Of a stretch of DNA of 64,000 nt, positions 49,504 through 57,775 are shown piece after piece. Where the stretch lies: positions 4,321 to 68,320 of the forward strand of contig JAMWCW010000003.1 in the NCBI GenBank assembly GCA_023819145.1, given 5' to 3'. The notes under the pieces are model-generated. The model was given only the letters and a program-made list of their open reading frames with translations, was not told where the DNA came from and ran no database searches. This DNA comes from Candidatus Omnitrophota bacterium (lineage in GTDB: Bacteria > Omnitrophota > Gorgyraeia > DTHP01). Numbering within the stretch: the first letter of the stretch is position 1; each line of letters begins with the position of its first letter. The position numbers and the translations under genes are program-made.

Positions 49504-49829
49504 AATGGATAAAATTTTTTATATTATACTACAAACATTTGGATGAATAAAGTCATTTTATCTTAAGTTGGAATGAGATTATTTATTAGAGATATAATTT
49601 CTATTTTCCTAAGATTGAGCTTGACAGAATGTTTTTTTCTTTTCTATAATAAATTTGCTTTTAAAGCGGAAGGAATTTTAGAGTAAACTGTATTTATAGT
49701 TTTAATAACCGTTTTTTAAAATAGTTTTTGCTGAAGTAAATCTTTTTCTAATCCTTCCGCCATTTTTACCTCCAAACACAAATTGTCGTGCATTGGTAAG
49801 TTGATTAATACAAAATGTTGTGTTTTTTC

Positions 49830-49858
49830 TTGACAGTTTTTTTGATGTCTGTTATGAT
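49830..49858 (+). promoter_or_regulatory. sigma70-like promoter proximal to nrdJ
   Basis: TTGACA (49830-49835), 17-nt spacer, TATGAT (49853-49858); flanked upstream by two NrdR-box-like 16-mers. Confidence 0.45.
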
Positions 49859-49900
49859 TTCCCTATAGTTTTTTCGCAAAATGAATAAAGGAGATGAAAA

Positions 49901-52177
49901 ATGGAATATCCTGAGCCAAAACTGAGCGAAAATGCACTGAAGGTTTTAGAGAAGCGCTATCTCTCAAAGAACGAGGAAGGCAAGGTTGTGGAAACGCCGC
50001 GTGAAATGTTTATCCGTGTGGCTAAATATATTGCCTCGGCAGATAGATTGTATGGGAAATCTATAGAAGATACGGATAATCTCTCCGCAAAATTTTATGA
50101 AGTAATGGCTGAAGGTGAATTTATGCCCAATTCTCCCACTTTGATGAATGCTGGAAAGGAGCTTGGGCAACTTTCTGCCTGTTTTGTGCTTCCTGTAGAA
50201 GATTCTATGGAGAGTATTTTTGGAGCAGTGAAGTCAACGGCTTTAATCCACAAGACAGGCGGAGGCACGGGTTTTGATTTCTCAAAACTCCGTCCGAAGA
50301 ATAGTCCGGTGAGGACAACCGGAGGAGTTTCTTCAGGGCCTGTTTCTTTTATGAAAGTATTTAATGCTGCTACGCAGGCGATTAAGCAGGGTGGAACACG
50401 TCGGGGAGCAAATATGGGAATTTTAAGAGTTGACCATCCGGATATTTTGGAGTTTATTACCTGTAAACAGGAAGATAAAGAAATTACCAACTTTAACATC
50501 TCCATTGCGCTCACCGAAGATTTTATGGATAAAGTAAAGAATAGTGAAGAGTATGATTTGGTTGACCCGCGTACCGGCAAAATGGTAAAGAAACTTCCGG
50601 CGCGCGAGGTCTTTGAGCTGATTGTTAAACAGGCCTGGAAAAATGGTGAACCAGGAATCATTTTTATTGACAGAATGAACAAAGACAATCCCACTCCCCA
50701 TTTAGGAAAGATTGAATCAACAAATCCCTGCGGAGAACAGCCCCTTCTTCCTTACGAAAGTTGCAATTTAGGAAGCATCAATTTAGCAAAGATGCTGAGG
50801 TTGGGTGAGGGGAAAACTGAAGTTGACTGGGAAAAATTACGTACCGTTGCCCATGTGGCGGTACATTTTTTGGATAATGTCATTGATATGAATAGATTTC
50901 CTTTACAGGAGATTGAAGAGCGGACAAAACTTACCCGAAAAATTGGTTTAGGAGTGATGGGTTGGGCAGACATGCTTGTAGAATTGGGAATTCCCTATAA
51001 TTCGGAAGAAGCCCTTACTCTTGCAGATAAAATAATGGGTTTTGTTTTAGAGGAAGCGGAGCATAAATCGCAGCAATTGGCAGAGGAGCGGGGGGTGTTT
51101 CCTGCTTTTGAGGGGAGTAGAATTGCCCAACAGGGAAAAAGATTACGTAACGCCACGCTTACTACCATCGCCCCTACAGGAACTATCAGTATCATCGCAG
51201 GAGCCTCAAGTGGGATAGAACCACTTTTTGCCCTCGCCTACACCAGGCACGTTATGGATAATGATAAATTGGTAGAAATAAATCCTTATTTTGAAAAAGT
51301 CGCCCGCGAAAAAGGTTTTTATTCCCGAGAACTAATGGAAAAAATTGCGGAAAAAGGTTCTTGTCAGGATATACCGGAGATTCCCGATGATGTGAGGAAG
51401 GTTTTTGTTACTGCTCACGATATTTCTCCCGAGTGGCATATCCGCATGCAGGCAGTATTTCAAAAATACACGCATAATGCAGTTTCTAAGACGGTAAATT
51501 TCCCTCATCAGGCCACAGTTGAGGATGTTAAAAAAGTTTATCTTCTGGCATATCAATTAGGATGTAAAGGAGTAACTATTTATCGCGATAAAAGTAGAGA
51601 GGAACAGGTTTTAAATATCGCTTCTTCAAAATCGGAAAAACAGGGAAATTCTAAAGAACAAGAAGAACGTTTTACCCCTCGCCCCCGTCCGGAGGTAATG
51701 CGTGGAAGCACTACCAAGATTAATACCGGTTGCGGCAATCTTTACATTACCATCAACGAAGATGAAGAAAAACATCCTTTTGAGGTATTTATGCAGATGG
51801 GAAAAGCAGGAGGTTGTGCTGCTTCGCAACTGGAGGCGATTGGGAGATTGGTTTCTCTGGCACTTCGTTCGGGAATAGACCCGGTACCAATTATTGAACA
51901 GTTAAGGGGAATCAGGTGTCCCTCTCCTTCTTGGGAGAGTGGAGGAACACGTATCTTCTCTTGCGGAGATGCTATTGCCCGAGTTTTGGAACGGCGATTG
52001 GCACAGATGAAAAAATCTTCTCCAGAGATAAAAGTGAAAGTTCTTCATTCCGTTGAAGAAAATAATGTTTATTCGAGAAGGGTTAATATTGTGGGTGTTT
52101 GTCCTGACTGCGGCGAGCCACTAAAGCACGAAGAGGGTTGTGCCAAATGTGAAGCCTGTGGATATGCAAAGTGCTAA
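49901..52177 (+). CDS. nrdJ: adenosylcobalamin-dependent ribonucleoside-diphosphate reductase (class II)
   Basis: 758 aa; NPCGEQPL active-site region, C-terminal Cys-rich zinc finger CPDCGEPLKHEEGCAKCEACGY. Confidence 0.9.
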   Translation: MEYPEPKLSENALKVLEKRYLSKNEEGKVVETPREMFIRVAKYIASADRLYGKSIEDTDNLSAKFYEVMAEGEFMPNSPTLMNAGKELGQLSACFVLPVEDSMESIFGAVKSTALIHKTGGGTGFDFSKLRPKNSPVRTTGGVSSGPVSFMKVFNAATQAIKQGGTRRGANMGILRVDHPDILEFITCKQEDKEITNFNISIALTEDFMDKVKNSEEYDLVDPRTGKMVKKLPAREVFELIVKQAWKNGEPGIIFIDRMNKDNPTPHLGKIESTNPCGEQPLLPYESCNLGSINLAKMLRLGEGKTEVDWEKLRTVAHVAVHFLDNVIDMNRFPLQEIEERTKLTRKIGLGVMGWADMLVELGIPYNSEEALTLADKIMGFVLEEAEHKSQQLAEERGVFPAFEGSRIAQQGKRLRNATLTTIAPTGTISIIAGASSGIEPLFALAYTRHVMDNDKLVEINPYFEKVAREKGFYSRELMEKIAEKGSCQDIPEIPDDVRKVFVTAHDISPEWHIRMQAVFQKYTHNAVSKTVNFPHQATVEDVKKVYLLAYQLGCKGVTIYRDKSREEQVLNIASSKSEKQGNSKEQEERFTPRPRPEVMRGSTTKINTGCGNLYITINEDEEKHPFEVFMQMGKAGGCAASQLEAIGRLVSLALRSGIDPVPIIEQLRGIRCPSPSWESGGTRIFSCGDAIARVLERRLAQMKKSSPEIKVKVLHSVEENNVYSRRVNIVGVCPDCGEPLKHEEGCAKCEACGYAKC

Positions 52178-52278
52178 AGTTTCGTTAATAAGCGAAACAT
52201 AACCCCAGAGGAAGGGGAGAGATATTTTTTTATTTTTGGTTCTTTTGGTCTTTTAAAAAATTTTTATTAACCCCCCCC

Positions 52279-52307
52279 TTGACAATTTAGGAAAAGTATG
52301 CTATAAT
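52279..52307 (+). promoter_or_regulatory. sigma70-like promoter driving structured leader and small-ORF cassette
   Basis: TTGACA (52279-52284), 17-nt spacer, TATAAT (52302-52307). Confidence 0.5.
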
Positions 52308-52314
52308 TAGCTTG

Positions 52315-52440
52315 GAAGTTTTAAAAAGGGAGCCGGCCTAAGAGTAATTCCGGTGCAAGGTAGCCGGGGTATTATACGGTTATCCCGGCGAAGGAGATAG
52401 ATGTGCAGAGAAACAAGTTTAACCAAAAAGGAGGTGTAAG
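52315..52440 (+). promoter_or_regulatory. GC-rich structured 5' leader (two CCGG-based hairpins), candidate cis-regulatory RNA
   Basis: GCCGG...CCGGU and GCCGGG...CCCGGC stems read from sequence; RBS AAAGGAGG before ATG 52441; no family assigned. Confidence 0.3.
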
Positions 52441-52641
52441 ATGAAGAAGGGAATTTTGATTTTGGCGGTGATTTTGGTAACGAGTTTGATGGTTGGTTCA
52501 GTCCACGGTGTCACCCCTAATAATGATAAGAAAGAAATTGGTGTTCTGCCACCATATGATCCAAAGGCAATAGAAAGAGGATTAGATAGTATTAGGAATA
52601 AACAACTTTTCAACTTTATCTTGATTCACCAGATAATATAA
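52441..52641 (+). CDS. small secreted protein (signal peptide), hypothetical; possibly 5' part of a frameshifted gene
   Basis: 66 aa; MKKGILILAVILVTSLMVGSVHG signal-like N-terminus; downstream ORF frame open from 52602 and overlaps this ORF's end. Confidence 0.4.
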   Translation: MKKGILILAVILVTSLMVGSVHGVTPNNDKKEIGVLPPYDPKAIERGLDSIRNKQLFNFILIHQII

Positions 52642-52673
52642 CAAGAGTATTAGAATTATTAGCATTATTTAAG

Positions 52674-52741
52674 GAAAAATTTGTGCCACCGAATCAAAAA
52701 CAAGCTTATTTCTATTTAAATCATTTAGAGGAGCCCCCAAC
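52674..52741 (+). repeat. 68-nt exact direct repeat, copy 1
   Basis: gaaaaatttgtgccaccgaatcaaaaacaagcttatttctatttaaatcatttagaggagcccccaac; identical copy 147 nt downstream. Confidence 0.9.
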
Positions 52742-53330
52742 AGATTACAAAATATATGAAAAACTGGAGCAGAAATCACTACTGACAGAACAATTTATAC
52801 AAGAACTAATAAAAGCGTTTGAAAAATTTGTGCCACCGAATCAAAAACAAGCTTATTTCTATTTAAATCATTTAGAGGAGCCCCCAACTAAAGCCGATGT
52901 TCTAGATTTTTTAAAAGGTTTAGGAGGATTTGATCAAGCCAGTGAGTCGGCAATCAAAAGTTTTATAGCAGACTTAGAGAATGGTAAGGTAGTACTGGGA
53001 GATGTTATACTTACTGGCCATCTTGATCGCCCAGACACAACCGCCGGCGGTGATTTTACCGGGAGTTTTCCCGTATCGACCCTCACTTTGACCATTAATG
53101 TGAGTCCAGTTGGGCTCGATGTTCCCGGTGGCAAACTTGAGATAACATTCGGTAGCCACGGAATGGATGGAAAAATTTCCGAGGGAGTATATGGTCTTTT
53201 GGCATCGGCTCCTAAAGGGCAAATATGGGTTTCTCCTGTATTATTAGCTCTTGTAGGGGAAGGGATAAAGAGTGCACAAGATTCTCGTCGCGCTACCTAT
53301 ACCACGGTACCAATGGGAACAAACGAATAG
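52683..53330 (+). CDS. hypothetical protein with tandem duplicated N-terminal segment (VPPNQKQAYFYLNHLEEPP x2)
   Basis: 215 aa, GTG start; internal 147-nt period with 68 nt identical; C-terminal half Gly/Thr-rich and GC-richer; followed by terminator. Confidence 0.45.
   Translation: MPPNQKQAYFYLNHLEEPPTDYKIYEKLEQKSLLTEQFIQELIKAFEKFVPPNQKQAYFYLNHLEEPPTKADVLDFLKGLGGFDQASESAIKSFIADLENGKVVLGDVILTGHLDRPDTTAGGDFTGSFPVSTLTLTINVSPVGLDVPGGKLEITFGSHGMDGKISEGVYGLLASAPKGQIWVSPVLLALVGEGIKSAQDSRRATYTTVPMGTNE
52821..52888 (+). repeat. 68-nt exact direct repeat, copy 2
   Basis: Identical to 52674..52741 by direct reading; in-frame (147 nt = 49 codons) within the same ORF. Confidence 0.9.
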
Positions 53331-53357
53331 TATTTTACCTTAACTAATTTCCCATCG

Positions 53358-53398
53358 ACCCCCGGAATTTATTTAGCGCAGGTTCCGGGGGTTTTTTA
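53358..53398 (+). terminator. intrinsic terminator closing the 52.3-53.3 kb cassette
   Basis: ACCCCCGGAA ... TTCCGGGGGT stem followed by TTTTTTA. Confidence 0.8.
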
Positions 53399-53399
53399 T

Positions 53400-53428
53400 T
53401 TGCCAACTTCTCTTTTATTTGGTATAAT
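53400..53428 (+). promoter_or_regulatory. sigma70-like promoter upstream of apgM
   Basis: TTGCCA (53400-53405), 17-nt spacer, TATAAT (53423-53428). Confidence 0.45.
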
Positions 53429-53450
53429 ATTTTCATAAAATAATCTAAGG

Positions 53451-54722
53451 ATGAGAAAGATTCTTTACATTGTTTTAGATGGTTTAGGCGACCGGCCACA
53501 TCCAAATTTTGGGGACCAGACTCCTTTGGAGTCAGCAGCTATTCCTTACCTTAATCGGCTGGTAGAAGCAGGGCAGTCAGGTTTGGTTTATACGGTGGGG
53601 AAGAACATTGCTCCTGAATCTGATGTGGCGGTAATTAGTATATTGGGTTATGATGCGCATAAATATTATACCGGTCGTGGTCCCTTAGAGTGTTTTGCCG
53701 AAGGTTTAAAAGTAAAGGATGGAGATTTGGCTTATCGCGTCAATTTTGCGACACTGGGGGAGAAAAGAGAGATAATTGACCGGCGAGTAGGGAGAAACCT
53801 TACTACTCCGGAAGCTACTCTTTTGGCAAAAGAGATAAATGAAAAAGTAAAACTCAGGGAAGCCGAGTTTGTTTTCAAAAATACCATTGGGCACCGCGGG
53901 GTACTACTTATCCGCTCTAAAAAAGGGAAATTGTCCGCCAAAGTTACCAACACTGACCCCGCCTATGGTAAAGAAGGAGTTTTTGGGGTTGCAAAAGAAG
54001 AATTTGAGAACTTTGTACAGAAATGCCTTCCCGAAGATTCTACCCAAGAGGCAAAATTAGCAGCAGAACTTACTAATGAGTTTATGGAGAAAAGTCAGGA
54101 GGTTCTTGCTAAATCAGAGATAAATAGGAAGAGAGTAAAGGAAAATAAGCTACCTGCCAATGTAATTTTAACCCGGGATGCTGGAGATAAACTGCCAAAA
54201 TTTCCCTCCCTAAAAGAGAAATTTGGGATAAATTTTGGTTGTTTTGTGGAGATGCCTGTAGAGAAGGGAATTGCTTTGCTTACGGGAATGGAGATTATAG
54301 ATTTGCCTCTTCCTACTGGAGATCTAAAGAACGATTATACTCTACGTGCTTCTCGGACTTTAGAAGCGATTAATAAATTTGATGGCCTCTATATCCATCT
54401 CAAGGGTCCCGATGAACCCGCCCATGATGGGAATTTTCTTAAGAAGAAGGAAATCATTGAAGCGATAGATCGATTTTTCTTTGGAAGGCTATTAACCTCC
54501 CTTGAACTTAAGGATTGTGTTATCGCGGTTACTGCTGACCATTCCACGCCCTGTATCCTTAAAGCGCATTCCGCTGACCCCGTACCGCTAGTTATCTCAG
54601 GTGGAAATATCCCAAGCGATGAAGTAAAGTTGTTTTCAGAGAATCAGGCTCGAAACGGAGCATTGGGAGAGTTGGAGGGAAGGGAGGTTCTTTCCAAGAT
54701 TATAGAGTTTGCTTCTCGTTAA
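53451..54722 (+). CDS. apgM: 2,3-bisphosphoglycerate-independent phosphoglycerate mutase, archaeal type
   Basis: 423 aa; LYIVLDGLGDRP N-terminus and C-terminal ADHSTP metal-binding motif. Confidence 0.85.
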   Translation: MRKILYIVLDGLGDRPHPNFGDQTPLESAAIPYLNRLVEAGQSGLVYTVGKNIAPESDVAVISILGYDAHKYYTGRGPLECFAEGLKVKDGDLAYRVNFATLGEKREIIDRRVGRNLTTPEATLLAKEINEKVKLREAEFVFKNTIGHRGVLLIRSKKGKLSAKVTNTDPAYGKEGVFGVAKEEFENFVQKCLPEDSTQEAKLAAELTNEFMEKSQEVLAKSEINRKRVKENKLPANVILTRDAGDKLPKFPSLKEKFGINFGCFVEMPVEKGIALLTGMEIIDLPLPTGDLKNDYTLRASRTLEAINKFDGLYIHLKGPDEPAHDGNFLKKKEIIEAIDRFFFGRLLTSLELKDCVIAVTADHSTPCILKAHSADPVPLVISGGNIPSDEVKLFSENQARNGALGELEGREVLSKIIEFASR

Positions 54723-54822
54723 TTTTTTTTCTTGCCATTTACCTTATTTTTAAGATAGAATTATAAAATAAAATAATAATTTTAGAGAGCAGAGTTTTTA
54801 ATTCTGCAAACCCCGGAGGTGA

Positions 54823-55983
54823 ATGATGGAAAAGAAAGATTTGGCTAAATTTACAAAAGAAGAACTTCTGGAACTGGCCAAGAAACTGAAAATTGTTGGC
54901 AGGTATGCGTATACTAAAGATGAGTTGATGGATAAGATTGTTAAAAGATATAAAACTCTGAATAAAAATAAGGCTAAACCTGCCCCTGAGAGGAAACTGC
55001 CACGGATAATTGAGAAAGTAAAAAAGGTTATTACTCGGGGAAGGAAGAAGAAAGAAGTTAGCCCTGTTGTTTTAGGAGAAAAAAGAGTAGAAGAAAGGGC
55101 CCCCCGGCCATATTGGGAGGCACCGGTAGAACCTGCTCAAACAGTTCCTCAGCCACAAAAGGAAGAAATTTCTGTAGCCGTTGCCCCTGCGCGAGAGGAA
55201 ATGTTTACCTTCCCTCGTGCATATGGTGATACTAAAATTGTTCTTTTAGTACGCGACCCTTGGTGGTTACATGCCTACTGGGAGATCAATAGGGAAAAAG
55301 AGGAAGAACTGAGGAAGAAATTGGGAGATTTATATGCTCGTTCAAAATACCTTTTAAGAGTTTATGATATTACGGATATTATTTTTGATGGGACAAATGC
55401 CCACTCCTATTTTGATATTGAGATTAATGGTGGAGCAGACAACTGGTATATTGAAGTGGGGAAACCCAATCGTTCCTGGTGTGTAGATTTGGGATTGTTG
55501 ACTCCCGACAAAAAATTCTTCTTAGTCTGTCGTTCCAACGTAGTGCGCACCCCCCGTTTTGGAATGTCGGAGATTACCGATGAAGAATGGATGAGTCTGG
55601 AAGAGGATTATTGGAAGTTATTTGGGGTAGCCGGCGGGTTTGGTTTAGGTAGTTCGCCTGTTCAGGCAAAGCGTGCCTTTAAACGTCGTTTCAAAGAAGA
55701 CATTTCTTCGGGTGCTCCCTGGAGTCTTTTTAGTCTGCTGGAGAAAGAGAAGGAACGCAAATTCTGGTTGGTAGTGAATACCGAGTTGATTGTCTATGGA
55801 GCAACCGAGCCCGATGCCAAGGTTACAGTGCAGGGGAAGCTAATTAAACTGCGCAATGATGGGACATTTACTCTGCGTTTTGCTTTGCCCGATGGAATGC
55901 AATACATCCCGGTAGAAGCAGTTTCTTCTGATGGAGTAGACAAGCGGAAAGTTACTCCGGTAGTTTCCCGTCGCACCGAATAG
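54823..55983 (+). CDS. DUF4912-like protein with Rho-N-like N-terminal domain
   Basis: 386 aa; N-terminal FTKEELLELAKKLKIVG motif; partner of downstream GH57 gene. Confidence 0.55.
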   Translation: MMEKKDLAKFTKEELLELAKKLKIVGRYAYTKDELMDKIVKRYKTLNKNKAKPAPERKLPRIIEKVKKVITRGRKKKEVSPVVLGEKRVEERAPRPYWEAPVEPAQTVPQPQKEEISVAVAPAREEMFTFPRAYGDTKIVLLVRDPWWLHAYWEINREKEEELRKKLGDLYARSKYLLRVYDITDIIFDGTNAHSYFDIEINGGADNWYIEVGKPNRSWCVDLGLLTPDKKFFLVCRSNVVRTPRFGMSEITDEEWMSLEEDYWKLFGVAGGFGLGSSPVQAKRAFKRRFKEDISSGAPWSLFSLLEKEKERKFWLVVNTELIVYGATEPDAKVTVQGKLIKLRNDGTFTLRFALPDGMQYIPVEAVSSDGVDKRKVTPVVSRRTE

Positions 55984-56051
55984 AAGAAAGCAAACTCAAA
56001 TTGCAAAAATCAAAAAAGTAAGAGGATTCTTGTTTTTCAAAAATTTACCAA

Positions 56052-57644
56052 ATGAATGAGAAAGGTTATCTTGCTTTAGTTTTACACGCCCATCTTCCTT
56101 TTGTCCGCCATCCGGAATACGAAGACTTCTTGGAAGAGCGTTGGTTATTTGAAGCCATTACGGAAACCTATATCCCTCTTTTAAATGTTTTTGAGCGTTT
56201 ATTAGAGGAGAATATGGATTATTGTCTTACCATGTCTATAACCCCGACACTTGCCTCTATGCTTACCGACCCCCTTTTACAGCAAAAATATTTAAGGAAT
56301 TTAGAAAAACTGATTGAGCTTGCCGATAAAGAAGTTACCCGCACCCGTTGGCAGAGTGATTTTCACCAGCTTGCACTGATGTATTATCACCGTTTTACCC
56401 ATACCCGCTATGTATTTGTAGATAAGTATAAAATGAATCTTATACCCGTCTTTCGCAGACTTCAGGAAGCAGGAAGGCTGGAGATTATTACCTGTGCAGG
56501 AACCCATGCTTATTTACCTCTGGCTTTACATCGTCAGGCAGTAAGGGCACAGATAAAGACAGGGGTAGATTTATATCAGAAGTTGTTTGGAACGCGTCCA
56601 AAGGGAATTTGGCTTCCAGAATGCGGTTATAATCCCGGTGACGATGAAATTCTTAAAGAGGAGGGTATAAAATATTTTATTATGGATACACATGGGATAC
56701 TTTTTGGCTCTCCCCGGCCAAAATATGGAGTTTATGCACCCTGCTATTGCAAATCAGGAGTGGCTGCTTTTAGCAGGGATATGGAATCTTCTAAATCTGT
56801 TTGGTCTTCTATTGAAGGTTATCCCGGAGATTATAATTACCGTGAATTTTATCGCGATGTGGGATATGACTTGGATTATGAATATATTAGACCCTATATA
56901 AATCCCGATGGAACAAGAGTAAATACCGGTATAAAATATTATCGGATTACCGGAAAAACCGACGATAAACAGCCGTATGTTCCAAGTTGGGCAACTGCCA
57001 AGGCAGCCGAACACGCCGGTAATTTTATGTTTAACCGGGAAAAACAAGTAGAGTACCTCTATAGCATTATGCATCCACGCAAACCCATTATTATTTCCCC
57101 TTACGATGCCGAGCTATACGGCCACTGGTGGTTTGAAGGACCACAGTGGCTTGACTTTCTTATTCGTAAAATAAATTTTGACCAGAAGACTATCAAATTG
57201 ATTACTCCTTCTCGCTATTTAGAAATTTATCCCAAGAATCAGGTGCTTACTCCTTCAATGTCTAGCTGGGGCTGGAAAGGTTATTCCGAGGTTTGGTTAG
57301 AGGGGTCCAATGATTGGATATATAGACATCTACATAAGGCAGCCGAGAGAATGGCGGAACTTGCAAAGGCAAACAATCATCCTCATGTGGATGGTCTTAA
57401 ACAGCGCGCTTTGAATCAGATGGCACGTGAACTGATGCTTGCTCAATCAAGCGACTGGGCCTTCATCTTGAAAACCGGAACTTTTACCACTTATGCAGTA
57501 AGGAGGATTCGCGACCACATTGCCCGCTTTACCTACCTTTATGAACAGGTCAAAGAAAACCGCATAGATGAGGGATGGCTGAAGTCAATTGAGGATAAAG
57601 ACAATCTCTTTCCGGAAATTAACTATCGAATCTATGCAGAGTAA
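56052..57644 (+). CDS. glycoside hydrolase family 57 alpha-glucan branching/processing enzyme
   Basis: 530 aa; LALVLHAHLPFVRHPE N-terminal GH57 signature. Confidence 0.8.
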   Translation: MNEKGYLALVLHAHLPFVRHPEYEDFLEERWLFEAITETYIPLLNVFERLLEENMDYCLTMSITPTLASMLTDPLLQQKYLRNLEKLIELADKEVTRTRWQSDFHQLALMYYHRFTHTRYVFVDKYKMNLIPVFRRLQEAGRLEIITCAGTHAYLPLALHRQAVRAQIKTGVDLYQKLFGTRPKGIWLPECGYNPGDDEILKEEGIKYFIMDTHGILFGSPRPKYGVYAPCYCKSGVAAFSRDMESSKSVWSSIEGYPGDYNYREFYRDVGYDLDYEYIRPYINPDGTRVNTGIKYYRITGKTDDKQPYVPSWATAKAAEHAGNFMFNREKQVEYLYSIMHPRKPIIISPYDAELYGHWWFEGPQWLDFLIRKINFDQKTIKLITPSRYLEIYPKNQVLTPSMSSWGWKGYSEVWLEGSNDWIYRHLHKAAERMAELAKANNHPHVDGLKQRALNQMARELMLAQSSDWAFILKTGTFTTYAVRRIRDHIARFTYLYEQVKENRIDEGWLKSIEDKDNLFPEINYRIYAE

Positions 57645-57775
57645 AGGCGGTATAAGACCATAATCGAGCAAATCCCATCCTCTCTTTTCAGCTTTATTTC
57701 CCCTAAGCTATTAAATTGATTTGACAGCATTAATTTTTAATGATAATATTATTCCCTAAAGAAAGGAGATTGAGC

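Noticed and set aside
50095-50694. 199-aa and 92-aa minus-strand ORFs
   Set aside because: Antisense to nrdJ, whose identity is unambiguous; typical of open antisense frames.
52315-52440. Known riboswitch identity (c-di-GMP-I or ykkC-like) for the structured leader
   Set aside because: A few short blocks (CCGGCCUAA, GGUAGC.GGGG, ACGG, CCCGG..GAGA) are reminiscent of those classes, but the diagnostic conserved elements I recall are absent or misordered. Without a covariance-model scan it is reported only as an unclassified structured leader.
52315-52440. SRP (4.5S) RNA
   Set aside because: The AAGG/AGC resemblance to the domain IV motif is weak, and the element is followed by a translated ORF with no terminator of its own.
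57740-57775. Upstream start for the BamD-like gene
   Set aside because: Non-ATG start overlapping the promoter-like element; the ATG at 57776 has an AAAGGAG RBS and begins the signal peptide.
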